DNA of 64,000 nucleotides from an uncultured Gammaproteobacteria bacterium (GTDB lineage Bacteria; Patescibacteriota; Patescibacteriia; UBA1558; S5-K13): NCBI GenBank assembly GCA_964486685.1, contig CAZAOE010000003.1, positions 5,306 to 69,305 of the forward strand, read 5' to 3'. Shown piece by piece: positions 58,321 to 64,000 of this stretch (position 1 is its first letter; each line of letters starts with the position of its first letter). The notes under the pieces were generated by a model. It saw only the letters and a program-made list of their open reading frames with translations, ran no database searches and was not told where the DNA came from. The position numbers and the translations under genes were made by a program.

Positions 58321-58581
58321 ATGAACATAATAACAATAATAGGAACGATAATTGGACTCATTTTTGTCTTATATGTGCTTTACTTAATAATACTTCTTGT
58401 AGGTGGTCTTGTAGGTGGAATAATAGCTGCTATTATTACATTGGCCGGTGGTGGAGCAACTCACGATGATAGTTTAAGTACACCTGGCCGGTCCTACGAA
58501 GATCGTGTGAAACCAAGCTTCGAAGATCGTATGAAAATCAGGGTACGTCATTTAGAGATTATGCAGAAATTCAAACAATGA
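58321..58581 (+). CDS. small two-TM membrane protein (hypothetical)
   Basis: 86 aa; AGGAGG 8 nt upstream; own promoter and terminator (58625-58658); flanked by ~38-bp direct repeats. Confidence 0.5.
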   Translation: MNIITIIGTIIGLIFVLYVLYLIILLVGGLVGGIIAAIITLAGGGATHDDSLSTPGRSYEDRVKPSFEDRMKIRVRHLEIMQKFKQ

Positions 58582-58845
58582 TTTTCCATTCCAAAAAATT
58601 TGAAGTCCAAATTAATTCCAAAAACCGTCAGTTATTAATAACACTGACGGCTTTTTTTATTTACTAAAAACTAAAAAAGTAAATATATATTATGACACAA
58701 AACTGGATTTTTCGTCACACCCCCGGAGTTGGCAACCCCCAGGGTCGGTTTATTTACAAAAACCACCCCGCGTATAACCAAAGGGTGGCTTTTTTATTTC
58801 CTATCCCGTAATTCGTAATTCGTACAGACGCAATGCCTTGCGTCT

Positions 58846-60642
58846 CTACAATTCTAATTTTCTACTTTTAACAGCTTCTTTAATCTTCTCAATAAACTCA
58901 TCCTGCTTAATTTCTACTACCTTCTCATTTCCCCGAACTCTTACTGCTAATTTATCTGACTTCATTTCCCTATCACCAATTACTAACATATAAGGCGTTT
59001 TTTCTTTAACTGCTTTACGAATTTTATTGCCAACGGTCTCATTAGCATCATCAATTTCAACTCTAATATCATTGAGCTTAAATTCTTCAGCTAATTGCTG
59101 ACAATATTTAATATGGTCTGAACCAACAGAAATAATCTTAACTTGAATAGGGGAGAGCCATAATGGAAATTCCCCAGCATAATGTTCTATTAAAACTCCA
59201 GTAAATCTTTCCAAACTTCCTAATAAAGCGCGATGAATCATAAGTGGTCTTTTTTCTTTGCCCTTATTATCAATATAAATCATATCAAATCTTTCCGGAA
59301 GATTAAAATCAAGCTGTATAGTTGAAATCTGCCATTTTCTTCCAATAGCATCGGTAACTTTTATATCAATCTTGGGACCATAGAAAACAGCTTCGCCCTC
59401 TTCCACTTCATATTTTAATTTAACATTATCCAATGCTTGTCTAAGACTTTTCTCGGCCAATGCCCAGTCTTTGTCTTCTCCTAAATATTTTTCACCACCG
59501 TCTTTATTTCTTGTGGACAAAATAACATCAAATTTTTTAAAGCCAAAAGTTTCAAAAACATATTTAGTTAAATCAATAAGTTTTATTAATTCTTCTCCTA
59601 ATTGGTCATTAGTGCAAATTACATGAGCGTCATCCTGAGTAAATCCCCTTACTCTTAAAAGCCCGTGTAAAACACCTGATTTTTCATACCTATAAACGGT
59701 CCCTAATTCAGCATAGCGAATTGGTAGGTCCCTATAACTTCTCATATGATGCTTGTAAATTTTAATGTGAAAAGGGCAATTCATTGGCTTCACATAATAA
59801 TCTTCACCATCTATATCCATTGGCGAATACATGCTGTCTTTATAAAAACTAAGATGGCCAGATTGTTCAAATAATTTATATGAAGCTATGTGTGGAGTTT
59901 TGACTAATTTATATCCTTTTTTTTGATAAATCCATAAAATAAAATCTTCTATTATTTGTCTTAATAAGGCGCCATTTGGAAGCCATAATGGCAATCCCTG
60001 CCCTACTTCTTCATCAAAAATAAATAAATCCAATTCTTTGCCCAATTTTCTATGATCTCTTTTTTCAACTTCAGCTAAATTTTCTAAATACTTATCAAGT
60101 TCTTTTTGTTTTTCAAAGGCAATACCATAAATCCTTGTTAACATTTTATTTTTTTCATCGCCTCGCCAATAAGCTCCAGCCAATTTTGTTAACTTAAAAG
60201 CAACTGATTTTAATTTCTGAGAATCTTCTACATGAGGACCACGACATAAATCCACAAAATCACCAGTAGTGTAAATAGAAACTGTATCTGTAAAATCTAA
60301 TTTCTCATTTTCATCCAAAAGAGTGGTACCCTTCTCTTTTAAATCTTTTAATAACTCCAATTTATAATCTTGCTTTTTGGTTTTAAAAATTTTTACTGCT
60401 TCATCAATGGCAACCTCTTGTCTGATAAACTTTAAATTTTCTTTAATTAAACTTTTCATTTCCTGCTCAATTTTTACTAAATCTTCTGGGGAGAGAGTAA
60501 TGTCTTTCAAATCAATATCATAATAAAATCCATCTTGAATAATCGGTCCAATTCCAAATTTGGCCTGCGGGTATAATTTTAAAATTGCCGTAGCCATCAA
60601 ATGAGCCAACGAATGCCTTTTTATTTCTAATTTATTGTCCAT
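58846..60642 (-). CDS. thrS: threonine--tRNA ligase (lacks N-terminal TGS domain)
   Basis: start set at MDNKLEIKRHSLAHL (ORF-track start 60729 is 29 codons upstream); class II motifs; begins at the N2 editing domain. Confidence 0.85.
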   Translation of the reverse strand: MDNKLEIKRHSLAHLMATAILKLYPQAKFGIGPIIQDGFYYDIDLKDITLSPEDLVKIEQEMKSLIKENLKFIRQEVAIDEAVKIFKTKKQDYKLELLKDLKEKGTTLLDENEKLDFTDTVSIYTTGDFVDLCRGPHVEDSQKLKSVAFKLTKLAGAYWRGDEKNKMLTRIYGIAFEKQKELDKYLENLAEVEKRDHRKLGKELDLFIFDEEVGQGLPLWLPNGALLRQIIEDFILWIYQKKGYKLVKTPHIASYKLFEQSGHLSFYKDSMYSPMDIDGEDYYVKPMNCPFHIKIYKHHMRSYRDLPIRYAELGTVYRYEKSGVLHGLLRVRGFTQDDAHVICTNDQLGEELIKLIDLTKYVFETFGFKKFDVILSTRNKDGGEKYLGEDKDWALAEKSLRQALDNVKLKYEVEEGEAVFYGPKIDIKVTDAIGRKWQISTIQLDFNLPERFDMIYIDNKGKEKRPLMIHRALLGSLERFTGVLIEHYAGEFPLWLSPIQVKIISVGSDHIKYCQQLAEEFKLNDIRVEIDDANETVGNKIRKAVKEKTPYMLVIGDREMKSDKLAVRVRGNEKVVEIKQDEFIEKIKEAVKSRKLEL

Positions 60643-60940
60643 ATTTTTATTAGTTATTATTAATAATATATTAATTATATCCCTAAAAAACAAAAAACCC
60701 AAGATTAATAATCTCAGGACCCTTAGCAACAGACCTAATTGGCCTGCCGCCCGAAGCTTTAGCGTAGGGCGGTTCCACCTGACTTCCCCAAGTCAGACTT
60801 GGGGCTCTCTCAAATTGTCTTTGGCTTAGGATAAAATATCATTCTACTAATAGAATATTGGCTTGGTCGGCCAATCAATCACCTTATCTTTATAATAATA
60901 CGAATAATAAAAATGTCAACAAGTAATTAATATAACTCTC

Positions 60941-60995
60941 TAATTCCCTACAACCTAATAAGCTAACCCCCTACAACCCAATAAACTAATTACTA
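60941..60995. repeat. dispersed repeat family copy (TCTAATTCCCTACAACCTAATAAGCTAACCCCCTACAACCCAATAAACTAATT)
   Basis: matches consensus; located between two minus-strand genes. Confidence 0.75.
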
Positions 60996-62143
60996 ATTAT
61001 AATCTCAATGTGGTCTGATAATTTTGGTGCTTTTTTAACCCAAAATGGTGAAAAACTAACCCCGACACTATTAATGGCTGGAATTTGATTAAAATAATCA
61101 ATTATTTCTTGCTGAGTTAATCCTTTAAACCTTTCTTTATTAAAAACTTCTGCTTCGGCACCCTGAATTACTTGAGCTGAAAAACTTACATCTAAACTAG
61201 CGCTTTTTTCTGCATTAATATAATTGCTAACTATATAATTCAAAGAGTCATTATCATAATTTATTAAATCTTGAGAATTATTTAATTGATTGGATAAAAA
61301 GGTCTGGGCTAAATTTAAAAGCTCATTATGATCAAAAACCACCCCAATTAATTTTAATTTAACTGTATATTCAAAACTTTCTACTTCTGCTCCCAATTTT
61401 TCATTTGCTTCAGCTGACATTAATTCAGTCGTAATTGAAAATTCATCAATTTCTTCATTTTCAACTAATAATTCATTAAACTTATTTAAAGCATCTAATT
61501 TTAAACTTGATATAATTTCTGCTTGGGCTTTTTCTAAGTCCACTTGTGATAAATCATAAGAAATTATCTTTTTCTTCATCATGGTCGCTTTAGTTTCTCC
61601 ATAAACATTTTGTCTTTGATATTCGTGTTTAAAGCCCGGTAAATTAAATCTACCCGGCAATTCTCTATATTCTTCTCCAGCTTCCTCGGCGATAACCTCA
61701 ACTTCTGCCGAGCTTTTAGCTGGAATAATCAAGCTTTCATACATCCTAAATATACTCCCATCAGCTGATTCAAACCTGGTGGTGGGAATTAATACTTGTT
61801 CCTCGGATTTATTATTATAAATTGTCATCATTCCAGCATATTTTTCTGCTTGCTCTTCTTGGCCAATAACCTCAAAACTCTGAGTTTTTTCCATAGTTAA
61901 TTCCAAAATGCGTCCTTGTAAAATTTTAGTTTCTAAATAATTATTGTCTTCCACATTTTCCTTAACCTGAACACTAAAATCAATATTAGCCGATTGACTC
62001 TTAACATCAACATAAATTTTCGCTCTAGCCAAAGAAAAATATAATATTAAACCCACTAATAAAATAGCAGCTAAAATAAATATATATACTATTTTTTTAT
62101 AAGTAAAACTAACTGAATTAATTTTTGTACGCTTTTTTTCCAT
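60986..62143 (-). CDS. hypothetical membrane-anchored protein
   Basis: 385 aa; single N-terminal TM. Confidence 0.4.
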   Translation of the reverse strand: MEKKRTKINSVSFTYKKIVYIFILAAILLVGLILYFSLARAKIYVDVKSQSANIDFSVQVKENVEDNNYLETKILQGRILELTMEKTQSFEVIGQEEQAEKYAGMMTIYNNKSEEQVLIPTTRFESADGSIFRMYESLIIPAKSSAEVEVIAEEAGEEYRELPGRFNLPGFKHEYQRQNVYGETKATMMKKKIISYDLSQVDLEKAQAEIISSLKLDALNKFNELLVENEEIDEFSITTELMSAEANEKLGAEVESFEYTVKLKLIGVVFDHNELLNLAQTFLSNQLNNSQDLINYDNDSLNYIVSNYINAEKSASLDVSFSAQVIQGAEAEVFNKERFKGLTQQEIIDYFNQIPAINSVGVSFSPFWVKKAPKLSDHIEIIISN

Positions 62144-62235
62144 ATCTTTATCTCCTTATCTAATGCTTTTTAGATATAATTTTTTAATTTTATTATCCCT
62201 TTAAATTATAGTATAATTCAAATGTTTTCAAAAGG

Positions 62236-64000
62236 TCAAGTGTCTAATATGCCTTCTATTTTTTTCTTTAAATATGAAGAATTTTTGACTAATAAATTAA
62301 TTTTTACTTTATTATAAACATCTTCCTGAATGCCAGATTTAATATAAAAATAAACCGCTGACTGACCAGAATTTTCTTTTAAAAGCGCCTTTAAACTCTC
62401 AAATTGTTCAGGTGACGGTTTGGTTTCTACTTTAATAATCAATGGTTCTGGTTTATTTTTAGATTTACTTTTGAAATCTTTAATGGTTTTAATTTCTTCT
62501 ACAATAACCTTAGTTCGTCCTTCTTTAAAATTTAAACGTCCTTCAATAATTATCTTATTATCTTTATATAAAATATCTATAAATTTTTCATAAATTTTAG
62601 GAAAAACAACCATTTCTATCCATCCACTACCGTCTTCCAATCCTGCAAAAAGCATTTGCGTTCCATTTTTAGTCAAAACTTTTTGCATAAAACTAATTAC
62701 TCCGCCTATTTTTATATTTTCATTTTCTTTTAATTGTTTGATGTCACTTATTTTGCTAATTTGGCCGGACAATTCTACCAATAAATCTTTAAAGGGGTGG
62801 TCGGTAATATAAAGACCCAGCATCTCTTTTTCCCAGGCCAATTTATCTTCTCTTTCGGCCTCTGAATATTCGTCTAATCTAATAGCAGGTCGGTCATTTT
62901 TGTTTAATTTGGAAAAAATACTAGATTGACCATTTAATTTTTCTTTTCTCTGGTGTTTATTAAATTCTAATAATTTATCCATGTTTTTCAAAAGAGCGTT
63001 GGGCTCACCAAAATGACTCATTGCCCCGGCCTTAATTAAACTTTCTAAAGATTTTTTATTTAAATCTCTGCTTTTAATTCTAGTTAAAAAATCCTCAATG
63101 TTTTGAAAATCTCCATTCTCTTTTCTTTCGGCAATAATTGTTTTAACAATATTGTCTCCCACATTTTTAACAGCATTTAATCCAAATCTAATCTTTTTAT
63201 TTCCCTTCTTTAAATCTTCTGGCAAAACCGTAAATCTAGAAAAACTCTTATTAATATCTGGTGGTAAAACTTCTATATCCATGTCTTCACATTCTTTTAT
63301 TTTAAAAGCGATTTTTTCTATATCATCCTGGTCAGAGGTTAAAAGGGCAGCCATAAATTCTGTTGGATAATTGGCTTTGAAATAAGCCGTCTGAAAAGCA
63401 ATCATGGCATAACAAGTAGCGTGTGATTTATTAAATCCATAACTAGCAAAGGGCTCAATTGCCTTCCAAATCTTTTTAGCAATTCTGGTTGATAAACCAT
63501 TTTTTGTCATTCCGTCTATAAGCTTATCTTTTTGTTCATCTAATAAGGACTTAATTTTTTTACCAACAGCCTTTCTTAAAATATCTGCCTCTGAATAAGA
63601 AAATCCCGCTAATTGTCGGGCAATTTCCATTACTTGTTCCTGATAAATGGCAATACCATAAGTTTCTTCTAAAATTGGTTTTAATCTGGGGTCATCATAA
63701 GTAATTTTTCTCCTTCCACGTTTACCATTCACAAAATCAGGTATAAATTGCATTGGACCTGGTCTATAAAGAGCAACCATGGCAATAATATCCTCAAATT
63801 TATTGGGCTTTAATTTTTTCAACCATTTTTTCATACCTGCGGACTCTAATTGAAAAACACCAGTTGTTTGTCCGGCTTGTAAAATTTTAAATGTTTTTTT
63901 ATCTTCTAAATCAACATCTTTTAAATTGACTTTTTGGCTATGAATCTTTTCTATTAAATCAATAACATTTTCCAAAATAGTTAAATTTTTTAAACCCAAA
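62236..64000 (-). CDS. dnaE: DNA polymerase III alpha subunit, C-terminal portion (5' part lies beyond window end)
   Basis: GVFQLES, HhH/fingers region, OB-fold tail; ORF open to window edge. Confidence 0.85.
   Translation of the reverse strand, partial: LGLKNLTILENVIDLIEKIHSQKVNLKDVDLEDKKTFKILQAGQTTGVFQLESAGMKKWLKKLKPNKFEDIIAMVALYRPGPMQFIPDFVNGKRGRRKITYDDPRLKPILEETYGIAIYQEQVMEIARQLAGFSYSEADILRKAVGKKIKSLLDEQKDKLIDGMTKNGLSTRIAKKIWKAIEPFASYGFNKSHATCYAMIAFQTAYFKANYPTEFMAALLTSDQDDIEKIAFKIKECEDMDIEVLPPDINKSFSRFTVLPEDLKKGNKKIRFGLNAVKNVGDNIVKTIIAERKENGDFQNIEDFLTRIKSRDLNKKSLESLIKAGAMSHFGEPNALLKNMDKLLEFNKHQRKEKLNGQSSIFSKLNKNDRPAIRLDEYSEAEREDKLAWEKEMLGLYITDHPFKDLLVELSGQISKISDIKQLKENENIKIGGVISFMQKVLTKNGTQMLFAGLEDGSGWIEMVVFPKIYEKFIDILYKDNKIIIEGRLNFKEGRTKVIVEEIKTIKDFKSKSKNKPEPLIIKVETKPSPEQFESLKALLKENSGQSAVYFYIKSGIQEDVYNKVKINLLVKNSSYLKKKIEGILDT

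Noticed and set aside
60998-61078. 26-codon + strand ORF (MWSDNFGAFLTQNGEKLTPTLLMAGI) after the dispersed-repeat copy
   Set aside because: Overlaps the 3' end of the minus-strand 60986-62143 gene; too short; no RBS.
1-64000. CRISPR array
   Set aside because: Several direct repeats exist (positions 20-59, 24374-24530, the 58183/58662 pair, the dispersed CTACAA family), but none shows a regular repeat-spacer periodicity of three or more units, and no cas genes are present.

Overview
The window is a low-GC (~30%), gene-dense bacterial sequence. Most genes lack a Shine-Dalgarno sequence and many proteins are short. This style is consistent with a small-genome fermentative lineage such as CPR/Patescibacteria, but that is inference and not verifiable here.

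Main content, in order:
- dTDP-rhamnose pathway genes (rfbB, rfbD, rmlA-like)
- murA, ctpA, an acylphosphatase, rplI and pyrG
- a tRNA-Gln/tRNA-Ser pair driven by a consensus sigma70 promoter
- a ~3.9 kb accessory island directly after the tRNAs: a Lys-rich hypothetical protein, a divergent HNH nuclease, a beta-class DNA methyltransferase (DpnA-like) and a PD-(D/E)xK endonuclease 4 nt downstream
- pcm, then a trimeric HndACD-like [FeFe]-hydrogenase operon and prfB with no programmed frameshift
- an MFS transporter, an IS200/RAYT-like HUH transposase with REP-like hairpins, and comEC split into two ORFs
- a CheY-like receiver, ndk and a PfkB kinase
- an acetate-fermentation block: PduL-type phosphotransacylase, ackA and a three-subunit 2-oxoacid:ferredoxin oxidoreductase
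- gap, then a glycan cluster (three GT2, a Wzy/O-antigen-ligase-like membrane protein, two GT1)
- a radical-SAM (AmrS-like) gene and a LigB-like gene
- an ISL3-family IS with ~25-bp inverted repeats and an 8-bp target-site duplication
- mscS, argS, gatB and pyrBI
- a MiaB-MiaA fusion protein, thrS (no TGS domain) and a partial dnaE at the window end

The most unusual layer is a set of short GC-rich palindromic or direct-repeat mini-elements scattered through this AT-rich genome. Several sit in-frame inside conserved genes (miaB, miaA, a GT2 gene, the radical-SAM gene, porA), which resembles Rickettsia palindromic elements. Alongside these there is a dispersed ~30-60 bp repeat family (CTACAACCTAATAAGCTAACCCCCTACAA, often preceded by AAAACGCAAAACGCAAAAC) and several recurring AT-rich upstream motif families. 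Three small secreted or membrane genes carry perfect AGGAGG sites in an otherwise SD-poor genome. One of them (2640-3122, minus strand) encodes an extreme Ala/Val/Gly/Ile low-complexity hydrophobic protein whose upstream region also carries a perfect TTGTCAAAT-N6-ATTTGACAA operator-like palindrome.
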